Source: Anthoceros angustus (lineage: Eukaryota; Plantae; Anthocerotophyta). Taken from it: DNA of 64,000 nt. This document shows, piece by piece, positions 35,203-47,822 of this stretch (its first letter is position 1; every line of letters begins with the position of its first letter). The DNA lies in contig MU008182.1 of the NCBI GenBank assembly GCA_010909165.1, positions 496,001 through 560,000 of the forward strand, read 5' to 3'. The notes under the pieces were generated by a model, which was given only the letters and a program-made list of their open reading frames with translations, did not search any database and was not told where the DNA came from. The translations under genes and the position numbers were made by a program.

Positions 35203-36672
35203 ATGTGGGTTATGCTTGGTCGTGCAGGTGAATTGGCTGCGGTGCAGAGGAGGCTTTTGGTGAAGGGTGTTGCAGCGGGGTCTACATCCGAGGAGAAATT
35301 TGAAGACCTCGTGGAACCCACCCCGAGGAAGCTCGATTCTCCACCAGCACCACAAGGCCCTTGGGTGGCCAGCATGGAGCACGCCATCCCTGTGAAGGGC
35401 ACAGTTGCAGATGCGAAGGGTGCAACAGATTCTGAAGCTCCTGATGGTCAGCACAAGCCGCTGACGCTGTGGCCCGGAATGTATCATTCACCGGTGACTG
35501 CAGCCTTGTGGCATGCGCGGTCGAGCATTTTTGAGAGGGCCAGTCGGCTTGATCACGACGGGCCTGCTCAGACCACGCTGATGACCAAGACCCCTGAGCA
35601 GTGCCGCACCAGCGTGCTGTACAAGTTCTCGACTGATGCGGTGTTGAGGGAGCAGTACCGGAGCCCCTGGAATGGCTGCCGCATCGGTAAGCTGCTGGAG
35701 GATCTGGATGCCTTGGCTGGTACTATAGCCGTGAGGCATTGCTCGGATGAAGATATGACGACGAGGCCGTTGCTGTTGGTGACGGCGTCGGTGGACAAGA
35801 TCAGTCTCAAGAAGAATCTGAGTCTGGATTCTGACCTGGTGCTGGCTGGTGAAGTTGCCTGGACCGGGCGGTCGTCCATGGAGATCAGAATGACGGTAAG
35901 GCAGCCGGCAGGCCTCGGGGAGGAGGTGAAGGGCGATGACAACATTGCTCTCACCGCAAACTTCACTTTCGTGGCACGCGACTCCAAGACCAAAAGGGCT
36001 GCCGGTGTGAACCATCTTGCCCCTCAGAGTGAGTCGGAGAAGGCTCTGTTTGCAGAAGGTGAAGCCAGGGATGCGAGAAGGAAGCGAGAGAGGCAGCTGC
36101 ATTCAGGAAACGGCCTGCAGGAGAAGGCACTCAAGGACGGGGAGAGATTGCAGGCGCTGCTGGCAGAAGGACGGGTGCTGTGTGAGATGCCTGCCTTGGC
36201 GGACAGAAACAGTATCCTCATCCGGGATACAAGGTTGGAGAACGCAATGATATGTCAGCCACAGCAGCGGAACATGCACGGGCGGATCTTTGGGGGCTTT
36301 CTGATGCGCCGGGCATATGAGCTGGCATACTCCACCTGCTACGTGTTTGTCGGAAGCAGGCCCCGCTTTCGGGAAGTGGACCATGTGGATTTCCATCGGC
36401 CAGTGGATGTTGGAGATCTGCTCAGGTTCAAATCGCGTGTTCTGTACACTGAGACTGAGAAGCCAGATACGCCCTTGATTCATGTGGAAGTGGTGGCATT
36501 CGTCACACAACCCGAGCTGCGTTCCAGTCTGGTTTCCAACACTTTCTACTTCACATTTACAACTGATGTGGATGGTTCCAAAGCTCTGGTTCGCCGAGTG
36601 TTGCCTTCCACGGAAGAGGAAGCACGCACCTATCTTCTCCGGTATGACGCTGACCACCCCGAGAAGCTTTAG
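35203..36672 (+). CDS. Acyl-CoA thioesterase, double hotdog fold (ACOT9/10-like), 489 aa, intronless
   Basis: LWPGMYHSPVT, GKLLEDLDALAGTIAVRHC, LVTASVDKI, NMHGRIFGGFLMRRAYELA, EVDHVDFHRPVDVGD. Confidence 0.93.
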   Translation: MWVMLGRAGELAAVQRRLLVKGVAAGSTSEEKFEDLVEPTPRKLDSPPAPQGPWVASMEHAIPVKGTVADAKGATDSEAPDGQHKPLTLWPGMYHSPVTAALWHARSSIFERASRLDHDGPAQTTLMTKTPEQCRTSVLYKFSTDAVLREQYRSPWNGCRIGKLLEDLDALAGTIAVRHCSDEDMTTRPLLLVTASVDKISLKKNLSLDSDLVLAGEVAWTGRSSMEIRMTVRQPAGLGEEVKGDDNIALTANFTFVARDSKTKRAAGVNHLAPQSESEKALFAEGEARDARRKRERQLHSGNGLQEKALKDGERLQALLAEGRVLCEMPALADRNSILIRDTRLENAMICQPQQRNMHGRIFGGFLMRRAYELAYSTCYVFVGSRPRFREVDHVDFHRPVDVGDLLRFKSRVLYTETEKPDTPLIHVEVVAFVTQPELRSSLVSNTFYFTFTTDVDGSKALVRRVLPSTEEEARTYLLRYDADHPEKL

Positions 36673-36807
36673 GGGACGTGCCATCTGAATTGGGTGCGCC
36701 ATCAGAGGTCCCTCCCAATTGTTTTTTCCTTGTTACGGCTATGTGACTCGCTGCAAGAAGCGGTGTCTTGTGAGGTACATATCTGGACGGCTAATAACAA
36801 TCCTATT

Positions 36808-36890
36808 TTTCCCCGCCTCCAGCCTTGTCATGGACTCTGAGGGAGCGGGTTCCCCGCCTTCAGCCTTAGTCATGGACTCCGAGGAAGCGG
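36808..36890. repeat. ~41-bp direct duplication
   Basis: TTCCCCGCCTYCAGCCTT(A)GTCATGGACTCYGAGGRAGCGGG occurs twice. Confidence 0.8.
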
Positions 36891-38195
36891 GTTGAGAATA
36901 AGACCAGAAAATTTTTAAATGGTTAGCTCGTAGTTGAGAACGATGGTGTCCGCTGCTGCTGACAATGCTTGAAATTCTCATAGGCTGCTGGGTGTCAAAG
37001 TCAGACAACGGGAGAACGGGGGCTGAGAAAGGCAACGGGAGCCCGGGGGCTGAGAAGGGGCTATGAATATGGAGGGTCGATAGCATGACCGGAGACCTAC
37101 ACATATTACTTGCCACTAATCCAAAATTGTCACTCTACAAACCTACAGATATTATTTGCGTCTAATTGAGAACAGAGAATTCACACTTCTTAGGATTCTC
37201 ACTTCTTAGCACTCCGGCTACAAGGCATTCTTCCTGAGAACTTCAAAGCTTTGAAAGAATGAGATCTATCGTAAACAAAATGGAGTATCTAGGCGAGATC
37301 TATACTAAACTAAATGGAGTTTTCGCTGTTGAGATGTGAAATACAACTCTTCTCATCACCAACCGAAGGTCAGTGGAGATGCTTGTCGATGACGAAAGGA
37401 AGGCCGGCTACAGCGTGTGCTCGTGGGGAAAATTGACCCGTCAGCCTGAATCAAAGCCTACAAAATGACTCTCTGCTCTTTTCTCGTAAAAGAGGCACTA
37501 CATTGCAGCTGTTCCAGCATGTTTCTCATTGCTCTTTTGTAGTTGAGCAGTTCAAGTTTGGAAGCTCCTCTTCTCGATGAGCCATGGGTCACCTTGACCT
37601 TTCGAGGATTCTTGGGTCCCATTTCGGCTCGTCGGATTGCAAAACCAACCTGCAGCCTTGAGCAAAAGAATTTATACATACACACTTAGCTCATAAATCG
37701 CTTGCTTTGCAGCACGGGTATGTCCTTGTGACGCAAGCAGGGGTGTACGCTGTTCTGGACACTGTGCTGAATTTAGCTTCATGTTTTGGAAAGAATAGTG
37801 TACAAACGTGTCATCAAAGCAATGACTTCTGTTCTGTTTGGTACAAGCTTAAGTGACGACTTCTAAGCGGAAGAGTTGAGAGGACTCCTTTTCATGAGCC
37901 GAACTGCTCGCTCCCGGAATGATCCCAATACCTGCAGCAAATGGAGGAGCAGATGATGATAAGTCTTTGTGCCTGTCCTTCATCCTTTTGAAGTGGATGG
38001 TGGGTGTGCACATGCAGAATGGAGAATGCAGAGGGACGCAGTAATTACCTGATTTGCGGTTGGTGTGAGGAGGCCGAGATGGGACAGACATGGTGAATGC
38101 GGTGAAGCATGGGCCTCAGTCACTGCCTTGCTAGTTCATGCAAAGCTCTTGAGGCTGCGTGGGGGCGGCAGACGAAGCTAGTAACTTGTGGAGTG

Positions 38196-41100
38196 TTATC
38201 GCCATGCAGAGACCCCCATGAGCGGCATGCTAGACCACCGGAGCCCCAAATAGCCATTGTTGTTGGCCAGGGTGTAGTTGTTGGAGTAGTAGAGATTGAG
38301 CAGCAGATCCGCCTGGCTCACCGCCCTGCTGCTGAGAGGCACCGGAGAGAAGCCTGCCGCCTCCATCCTCTTAGCCCACTCTGTCATGCTCTCGTGCCTT
38401 TCCACTCTGTCGGTGCCCTCACACGCTATGATGTTCCGGATCTTCTGGGCTGCGAAGAGCTGCTCTATCTTCATGCGAACAGGCGAGTCGTGGGGCAGGG
38501 AGGAGTCGAAAGCATCAAACACTGCCGAGTAGTAGTGCAAGCACGCCATAAACCTGCATAGCCAGCAGCCGGGAGTCAGTCATCCGTACTAGCTGCCTGG
38601 CGGACCATGGGTGTAAGCAAATTGCAAAGGAGGAAAGAAAAAATGGCACCCACCTGGCGGGAAAGTGAGGACTGTTGTGGTTGCCGTCGTTCTCGGTGAG
38701 GGCGAACACCTTGGGGTTGAGGGAGCGGAGGCCTCGCAGGATTCGGTTGAAGTTATCCGCCCCCTTGTGGAGCAGGTAGTGCAGCTGGCAGAAGGAATTC
38801 ACCACGCACACCTCCCCTCTCCTCAGCTCCAGCAACCGGATGTTGAATTCCTCAAGAGGAACCACGATAGGGCAGTACTCGAGAGGCAGATTGAGCTGCT
38901 TAGCGCACTCCTGCAGAGTCTCCCCCGTCTCCTTGAGCTCGTCGTAGCTTGAGCCGACAGCCGAGATCCTGAGATTCGGGGGTCCACCTTCTCTGGTTGC
39001 CAAAGCCTGTAGACATGTTTGCAAACATGTCAGGAAACACGGACACAGCAGTGCACAGCCATGGCAATGCATGCAAAAAAGTGGAGTGCAGTAGGACTAC
39101 AGACCTGGAAGAAAGCCGGCCACTGCATTCCATACCACATGTGCAGGTCGATGAGATGCACATTGTGGTCGTTCTCAATGGCATCCAGCAGGACCTGGTT
39201 GGAGGTGAGGTGGCCGAACTTGCCGGTAGGGAGGCAGTCGTAGAGCACGCTGAGGGCCTCCAGCTTCTCCGCCTTGGGGATGGACTTGTCGCCGTGCAGA
39301 CCTCGGAAGAGATCAGAGCGCGTCTTGCGCGTGACGCGAGCGGCCAGGGCCTCGGCGAAGTAGGCGGCCAGGCGCTGGATGGGGCTCCCCAGGGGAGCCA
39401 CCAGCGTGCTGAGCCGCTCCAATAGCACGTGCGCCAGCTCCATGTTGTCGTCCGCCACAGCCTCGGCGCAGGCCAGCAGCAGGTGCACCAGCTGCAGCCC
39501 CATGGCCATGACGGCCGGGTCGGGCACAGCGGCCGACATGACGGAGCCCGCCAGATCCTGCAGCTCCATCCCCCCGCTGTTTTGCGCATTGGGATTGTGG
39601 GTCCGGTAGAGGTGCGCGGGGCGGTACTGCAGGGAGTTGGAGGAGACCTGGTGGGGATGGAATTCCGGCGCCTGGCCCAGCTGCTGGTAGGAATTGGAAG
39701 CAGGCTTGTGCTGGGCATGCGGATGCGGATGCGGATGCGCGCGCTGCCCCAGCAGGGATCCCGCCGGGAACGACATGCTGTGGGAGAGGTAAGGATTCCC
39801 CGGAGCTCCGGCCCCCAGGGGACTCGGGGCGTGGCTGGTGCTGGTGCTGGTGCTGGTGCCGCTGCTGCCCTGCATTCGCTGCGACGGCAGCGAATTGCTG
39901 CGGTTGAGCTGCCCCCCCATGTCCCCCAGCTGCAGCACCGGCTGGGAGGCCGGGAGCTGCTGCAGGTTGGGCAGGGAGTGGGAGCTTAGGAACCTCCTGC
40001 CGTAGCCCGGGCTGGAGGTGGAGGAGGCCGCGGTGGAGGCCGGGGCGAAGGCCTGCACCAGAGCCAGAGTGGAGGAATTGGAGGCCGGCTGGGCCGCCAT
40101 GAAGCTCACAGACATCTTGTTGCTCTTGAGCTGCGCCAGCGGCTGGGGGTAGTGCTTGTAGCCCGCGCTCCCCGCTGCTCCCCCCGGCCAGGAGGACGAC
40201 AGGCCGGAGCTGCTCCCCATCCCGCCGTCGGAGAGGAAGCCCATCCCTCCCGCCCCCGAGCCCAGGCGGTGGGCATGTTGATGCTGCAGCTGCAGTGTGG
40301 GATTGTCCGAGAGGCCGGTGGAGAAGGGCGAGCCAAGGATGCCGCCGTGGGACTGCTGCTGGAACCCCAGATCCATCCCTGACGACACGAGAGCGTCCGC
40401 CATGAGCTGGTTCATGGATCCGGAGCCGTCCGGGAGGGAATGGTTCATGGTGATGGGGAGGGGATCCAATTCCAGCATCACCGTGTCCCCCTCGGCAGAG
40501 TCGAATTGGTGGTGATCCAGGGATGATGTGAAGGAAGTGACAGAGTCCATGCGGTCTCGGAGGTGGAGAATGTTGGGCTCGCTCTCCACCTTCACCATCC
40601 TGCCCCCGCCTCCCATCCGCAAATTCACGTTGCTGCCGTAGATCCTCATGAACTCCTTCTCCAGCTCGTCCACCTCCGAGGCCGCGCCCTTGCTCCCCAC
40701 GTTCATCCACTGATCGGGCTGCTGCGAGGAGGACACCCCGGCCCCCGACCCACCCCGGCTGCTCATCGCCTCCAAGAACGTGCGATGGTTGTTGTTGTTG
40801 CTGCTCCCGCTGCCCAGCCCAGTGGAGTACGCATTGGAGTCGGACGAGGTGTCCATGAAGGTGCTCACCACGGCGTTGCTGCTGCTGTAGAGCGCTTGTC
40901 CCGGATTGTTGGTGTTGCCCAAGGCGTTGTTGTTGTTGTTGGTCGGGGAGACCACGAAGCTGGGCTTGACGCCGCCGGAGCCGAAGCTGCTCTTGCTGCG
41001 CTGCTGCTGCTGCTGCTGCTGCTGCTCCGATTCCATGTAGGAGAAGGAGGGGCTGTGGGTGTCCGGGGCTGCCGTCACCGTGGCGTCCATGAAGGTCGGG

Positions 41101-42095
41101 GAGGAATCCAGAGCCATCTCCATGAGCGACTGGTAAGTGGAAGCGGCCGCAGCCGCAGCCGCAGCCGCAGCCTCCTGCTGTTGCTGCTGCTGCTGCTGTC
41201 TCCCGGTGTTGCACATTTGCATTTGCAATTGCATTTGCATCCCCGCCGGCTGCTCCGTTTGATTGGTGCCGAAGAAGGTGTTGGATCCTGTGGAAGAATT
41301 AGGGGCAGCGGTGGCAGGCTGCTGCAGCAGCTCCAGCAGAAACTGCTCCATGTCCGAGGACTGCGCGTCCTTGAGGAATGCATCCACCTCGTCCACGCCT
41401 CCTCCCCCCGCCGTGTACGGCGAGCTGGGCCTGAATTGGAAGTTGAAACCAGAGGTCGGGGACGCAGCAGGAGCAGGAGCATTGACGCTGTTGTTGGGGG
41501 ACCCGGCTGGGGCTGCAGCCGTGCTCTTCACGGCTGAGGGAAGCTCCGACTGCGAGGCTGCCGGCGGGGCGGACGCGGAGACATCCCCGGCTGCTGCCGC
41601 TGCGGCAGCTGCATCGGCATCGGAGGCGGGGAGCATGGCGGAGACATCGTACACCCCCAGATCTCCGTAGGCGGAGAGGGGAGCGTGGGAGGAGGAGGAG
41701 GAGGAATTCATGAGGGGAGGCGGGCTGGGAGCCTGGGTGAGATTGGAGGAAGGGAGGAGGTGGAGGAGGTGGAGGCGCTGGTGCAGGAGGAGGAAGCAGC
41801 TGCTACTGGCGGGGAAGGTGCAGGCGGTGGCATTGGAGGAGCAGGAGAGCTGGGAGTTGCAGGCAGAGGCAGCAGGGGCGGAGGAGGAGGAGCAATTGAG
41901 GACTCCCAGCTGGTGAGGCCATGCGGAGAGGTCGTGGGAGGAGGAAGCCCCCGTGACGGAGGAGGAGGCGAAGGAGAAGGCAGGAGAGAAGGGCGAATTG
42001 GGCACTCCCAGCATACATGCGTGCGGGTGGTGGCCGTGGTGGTGCAGACCGTGGTGATCGGAGGACATGACTTGCATCCCTCCCGCCGTTGTCAT
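38196..42095 (-). CDS. GRAS transcription factor 2, ~1233 aa, 3 exons (42095-39105, 39006-38654, 38553-38196)
   Basis: GLQLVHLLLACAEAV, VHLIDLHMWYGMQWP, RFMACLHYYSAVFDAF, IRNIIACEGTDRVERHE, GVSAWR; both GT-AG introns restore frame; start codon uncertain (alternative ATG at 41711). Confidence 0.92.
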
Positions 42096-45000
42096 GGCTG
42101 CCCGCAGCTGCAGGCGCCTCCCTCGTCAGCCAGAGCAGCGAGCTAGGAAGCGGAAGCAGAAGCAGGAGGAGGAGGAGGAGAAGGCGGGCCGAGGGCCGAG
42201 GGCCGAGGGCCGAGTGGGTAGGTAGCAGGAGGAGTGGAGTGGGAATGGGGAATGGGGAATGGAGGAGGAGACAGGAAACAGTGGCGGGCTAGCCTGCTCT
42301 TCTAGCTAGCGGGGGGGCAGTGCAGGACAATGTGGCCATCTTGGGAAGGGGGAATCCGAGAGCGAGTCCACCCTCAGGCTGACTTTCTTTCCGCCAGCGC
42401 TGCCTGCTGCTGCTCCGGGAGGGGTGAAGCAGCAGGCAGGTGGAGGCGGAGTAGGCTGCTGCACCAGAATCTGCACAAAGGCCGGCAGCAGAAGCAGAAG
42501 CAGCAGCAAGCAGCCACCGGTGCAAGCCTTGGAGGGAAGCAAGTCTTACAAGACAAGGGAGGAAAGACGAGGCAAGGTAGAAGGTGCAGCAGCAGCAGCA
42601 GCGTGCGATCCACACCCTTCCTTGCTCTCCTCGAGCCTCGCACACAGTACACTCCTTGAACCTTTGAACCTACTGGTACTCTCTTTTACCCGCTCTCAAT
42701 GCTCACTCGCTCGGGACCCCATCGACACCATGCCTGCTGCGCCACCACACATACATATGTAACACACACACACACACACACACTCACATAGCAACACGGA
42801 AACAGAGACTGTGACGCTCACAAGCCGGAGCACAATTTCCGAGCAAGCCTTCCACGCTTCGGAAAAGCCAGGAACGAGGCGGGGAAAGGGAGGCCTGGGC
42901 TGGGGAAGAGTAAGGGAGGCTAAAAGGCGAGCCTCAGAGCCAAGGCAAGGCTGTGAGGAGGAAGAGGCAGCAGCAAGCAGCAAGAGCAAGCAGAGAGACG
43001 ATGATGGGCAGTGGCAGGAAACCAGACCTCGGTTGTGACAAAGAGAAGAAAGTGTGGGAGACGGGAGCTCTGAATATAAGGAGGGAGAGAGAAGGCCACT
43101 CTTCACCCTCCTCTCTCTCCAGCCCAGCAGTAGAGTACAGCCTCCCCCGAAAGACGACGAGGGCGAGGTGGTGGGCAGCGGCAAAAGGTGAGAGAGGCAG
43201 GGGATCGCTTCTTCTATTCCACGCCAATGCTCATACATATGTATCCATCATCTACAGGGGCAGGCCCGCCCGCAGGAGCTGGGAAGGGGGGGGGAGCGCA
43301 AGCGGTGGGCTACTGTAGACACTTTTGCGCAAAAAAGAAAGGAGGAGCGAGGAGCAGAGCAGCAGCAGCTGCTGTCTGAAAGCAGCGCAGCGGAAAGGAA
43401 GGAAGGCGAAGGAAAGGAAAGGGTCTGGAGTCTCTGGACTCTGGACATGGGCATGGGCAGCGGCAGCGGCAGCGGCAGCGGCAGCGGCAGGGGCAGGGGC
43501 TGGGGCTGGGGCCGAGCAGCATGGATGCCGTTTCGCCGGCTCCTCGGAGCGCGTGCAGGCTGCAGAGCAGAGCTCCAGAGAGGCAGCAGCAGCAAGGATG
43601 CAGCAGCCCACGATTCGCCAATTGCGACCATTCTTTGGGTCAGTGGCAGCTTTGCAGGAGCCTGTCTTGTCAGGCAAGCTTATCAAATGTGGCTCCGACA
43701 TGAGAGTACGAGCGGTCCCCGCTAGGCTTTCCTTTCGGGCACAACAGTGGCCGCGGCGCCACGCGGCCTGGTCCCATTAGCCCCGCTGCCGTGCTACAGT
43801 CAAAGACGGGCCGATTACCCTTTCCATTAGGGCATCGCCATAAGCCCCGCAGGCCCCGTCATCCATGATCGGGTTCACGTGAAGGCTGACAACTCCAAGC
43901 GCATCGCCGGGTCCCAGCCGGGTCACCACTCGCTCACCACTGCCGACCCTGGTTCCCTCCTCCGGTTAGGGTTTGTCCGCCATCGCCAATCTCCGTCGAG
44001 CTCCACTGCTCCTTCCCTTCCCTTCCCTTCCCTTCCCTTTCCTGCTGGTTCCTGCTGTGCGTGCACAGGCGCAGGTGCATCCCTGGCAGTGCGAGACCGG
44101 CTCTCCCGCTGCTGCTGCCGTTCGTGTGACGCCTCTCCTCGATCACAAATCAGCCGAACCGCCAAAAGATCCATACATGTGTGGAGCCTCTCGTACTTGG
44201 CCCCGGGCCCCCGCCATCATCCGGTACGCAGCAGCAGGACACGCCATGCCGACGGCGGACGGCAGACGGCGGACGGCGGACGCACAGTTGCACAAACCAC
44301 TCCCGTCCACCATGTGTGCCTCGGGCTGCTACACTGCTACAAGGATCGTCTCTCATCCGCCCGATGCTTCCTCCCTTCTGTCTCCTGTCAAACTTCCGTC
44401 TGTCCCCGTCCACACTTTGACTGCCTCCTCCCCTGCCTGCTTCTTCCTGCTTCTGCTTCGAATTCGCTGCGCGTGTCCGACTCCGTAAACATACAAAACA
44501 AAAACAAGCCCTGCCTGCCCTGCCTGCCCCGCTCGGGGGCTCGGCCTCGCTCGCCTTCGATCGATAGCCTAACTGCCGTCAATCATATGCCACACGAGCG
44601 AAGGGCAAAGGTGTCAGCCCAGCCTGATGCCTGATCGCGAGACATACATTCTAGAAGCGTGAATCCTGCAAATCGACATTCTGCAAATCTTTCCGTCCAC
44701 GGCTATCCTATCCTGCTACCTGTTATCTGTACGTACTGCTGCTACGCCCACATTTCCTCCATTTCCTACAGTTTCCCCATTTCCCGCCCCAACTCCTGCC
44801 CCTTCCCACGTTTCACCGTGAACCGGGTCCGTCCTGGATCCCAACATAAAACGCGACGCTTACATAAATTCGGTGGACGACTACAGGTGTGAATGAGCCA
44901 GGCCACCAAAAGCATTCCAGCGCCCACCTCCGTTCGTCGGAAAAGCAGCCATGTGGTGGTGTAAGCTAAGCTAGTCGCTAGTCCGGATTTCAATACTCCA

Positions 45001-45355
45001 CCTGCTCCTTCATGTGTTGTCTTCCGGATACCGGGGGCTCAAACACACACACTTGCCTCATGCAGTTCACCCATACATCGGGCTCCCCACATTTTTTGGT
45101 TTCTTGTAGTTCAAGATTATGCTGCAGCAAGTTTTGTTTGAGAAGCACCATGTCATGCTGCGTCACTCACCGTTGTTGCTTCCAAATTAATATTATTTGT
45201 ATTTTTTTCCCGGTACGGCTAGACTGCAGAGAGGGCTGCATAACTTGTCCCATCAAGGCAGCAGATGCTGCTTATACATGTCGTTTAATGCTCTTAGGAT
45301 TCCGTGAAATTGATATCATTTTCCCTTGCCAAATTGAAGAGCTGAAATCCTAGTA

Positions 45356-46200
45356 CTTTTTTTATATTTTTAATTTATTTTATTTTAAACTAGACTTTAT
45401 GTTTCCGATGTCGAAGAAAGCTCCAAGTTCTAGAATATCCTCGCACATATAAGACAACCAACGTTAACTTGATATCTCAAAGTTGAAAAATGTATTCCTA
45501 CACGCGTCCATAACAAAACGGCACTTTAGATAACAAACTTTGTGATGAAGCATATTTTAAAACAATGAACGACAAAAGCCTAAGATTCCTTTCCAGCACC
45601 AAAAATACAATTAAGATTTGCACTTCATTTGTCCCAAAATTGTAAAAATATTTATAAAATATTTTATAAGGATAAAGTTTTTATGTTATCCCAAGAATTC
45701 CCCTTTATCAAAAATAGATATCAAACTCTAGCATCTATGTATCCTCCGAGCATTGTCAACGAGGTCATATGCAACAATATTTCATCCCGTGTGGCTCATA
45801 GTAAAAGCATTTGCACTTGTTTCTAAGTTTCTTTTACGCGTCTAATTTATTCATATAGATTAGAGTTAAGCACATCTAAGTTTTGTTTATGTAGTCCAAA
45901 CATCTTAATGGTAAACAAATTATTGAAATGTGAGGTAATTTGACATGTTGAAACAATTACCAAAAATATAGTGATTTTCGTAATAGTTAGTGCACAAAAG
46001 TTGTTCGATAGATGCATATTTTTATTGTGACATACGTCTAGATGTTCTTATTGTATTGATAAACCTTGGACACTGCCTTTGGCTTAAGTTCTTATAAGGA
46101 AAAGTTTTTCTTTTCCACAAACTTACACGGCAAATGTGTGTGACTGAAGTTCAATATTGGTCAACCACCCGGAACCCATTATGTACCATAACTCTAACGA
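45356..46200 (-). mobile_element. Possible highly degraded LINE 3' remnant within an AT-rich island
   Basis: Sharp AT-rich block; weak CPR...EHL..C and CRNTFFN fragments on the minus strand; A-rich tract at its 3' end. Confidence 0.25.
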
Positions 46201-46236
46201 GACAAATGCTTGAAACTATTTTGGTCAAATGACATG

Positions 46237-46930
46237 TGTTGTTGTTTTGAAGATGGTAACGATTTTATTACTTACCTCGTGACTGACTGTCTGCCTCCTT
46301 TTCTGTGTAGCATTTCAGAGTGCTTGTCTGGGTGTAGAAGCAAACTTGTTTGCAACTAATAGATTAGTAGAGAGGGTATCTTTATAAAGTATATGTAGAC
46401 AATACGAGTTCTTGAGTGGGTAACTGCTAAAACTAAAATTGATAACAAAATATGAAAACCACCCAAACTCCTATAAGTGCTGGATGAAGCATTTACACTA
46501 ATTTAACCATTCCAACACTCTCACTTAGTTGACTCGACAATACTTAGGCTAGCTTGATTTGCATTTGAAGCAACACTCTTATCCATTTGTCCTTGTTTCC
46601 AAAGCTAGAATAAAGGTGCATGTGGGAGGGAATCTCAAATGAGTGCTCGAAACTCGCATGTAATTCGTGGAATAAGAAACACTCAATTTTGTTCTTAGTT
46701 TTTCTTCCCTTAAGAACATGGCAACTCACAATGATTTGGAACTCGCCCTCCTAGTTGGGTCCCTCTTTGTAATTCAGGTTTATTGCATAGTAAATAGACA
46801 CTAAAGCTTGCATTAAGGCAGGTAAATTCAAAGGTCTTGAGATTATAAAGGATTGCTTGAGACAATAAAGGGTATTGAGCAACTTGTACACAATCTTTGC
46901 AATAGAAAAGAAGGATAGGCGTCTCCAGTG
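46237..46930 (-). mobile_element. Degraded copia remnant: RT fragment, PPT and 281-bp 3' LTR
   Basis: LTR 46237-46517 with TGTTG...CAACA ends; [14 protein letters not shown] at 46518-46528, like the intact copia's CTAAGTGGGAG; VYKLLNTLYCLKQS resembles the copia RT motif VCKLxKSLYGLKQ. Confidence 0.6.
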
Positions 46931-47589
46931 CTCCAACGCTAGCTAGCTATGCATATACAACGGTCATGGGAAGCACCGAACCGATCCGAGACGCCTCTCG
47001 GGAAGTGGAGTTAGGTGATTAAATTAATTGTTTGTCTCTTTTGTTGAGTAAGGGGAGTGGAGGTTACATGGTGAAAATCATTCCATGTTCACCATGGGAA
47101 GTGAGACGGGATAGCTAGAGAAATGTACCTCTTATATAGTTATTTAAATATTTTAGCACCACAAGTCGGTGGTACAAGGGGTTGGCACGCTAGAATACAC
47201 TCTTGAGCAGCGAGTTCTTTCATGTGAGATGCCCAATAAATAAAGTAATAAATAAAATAAAAAATAAAAAATAAAAAGTAAATGAAAGTAAAGTTATGAA
47301 AAAGCAGAAATAAGCATAAAAAATGATTGGGTGGGTAGGAGTTATGGCAAAGCATTTGGGTAACAATGACATATGTGTATATGCAGGGCAGCTGGGCAGG
47401 CCGACATGGTATGACAGAGCACATGGATGTGACATGAGTGTGGCCGACACAAAAACTGAAAGTGGGGCGTGGTATTGGTGTTCGGTGTTGGAGGTGGAGG
47501 GCAGCCGGGCCCATAGTTGGGAGTTGATGAGACGGAGGCGGTGCGGCCTGCACCAAGCAGGGGGCCTGGGCCTGCAACTGTTGGCCGAC

Positions 47590-47757
47590 TGTCCGGTGGC
47601 CGGTGCCTCGTTCGCAACCCGTCTCCATACGATGCATGCGTCATGCAGGCCAGGATAGGCCCGCGGCGGCCAGTGTCCGGTGGCCGGTGCCTCGCTCGTA
47701 ACCCGTCTCCATACGATGCATGCGTCATGCAGGCCAGGATAGGCCCGCGGCGGCCAG
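47590..47757. repeat. 84-bp tandem duplication containing RY-like CATGCA/GCATGC motifs
   Basis: Copies 47590-47673 and 47674-47757 differ by two C/T substitutions. Confidence 0.92.
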
Positions 47758-47822
47758 GGCCAGCGGGCAGCGGGCAGCGGGCAGCCCTCGGCGGGCAGCC
47801 CTAGCCCTAGCTAGCCTCAGGC

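Noticed and set aside
38196-39500. GRAS2 as a HAM/SCL6 ortholog
   Set aside because: VHIID-region residues (LYDCLPTGKFGH, YGMQW) differ from the HAM pattern despite the miR171-like site
39313-41214. 633-aa alternative-frame ORF within GRAS2
   Set aside because: Shadow frame of a GC-rich low-complexity exon
42521-42540. miR477-like sequence on the minus strand
   Set aside because: Only a partial match and no convincing star arm or hairpin nearby
47067-47118. Helitron 3' end (9-bp hairpin followed by CTAG)
   Set aside because: The stem is AT-rich, the spacing to CTAG is long, and no 5' TC end or RepHel remnant was found
45355-47280. T-rich left and A-rich right borders of the AT island as TIRs
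   Set aside because: Low-complexity match only and no TSD
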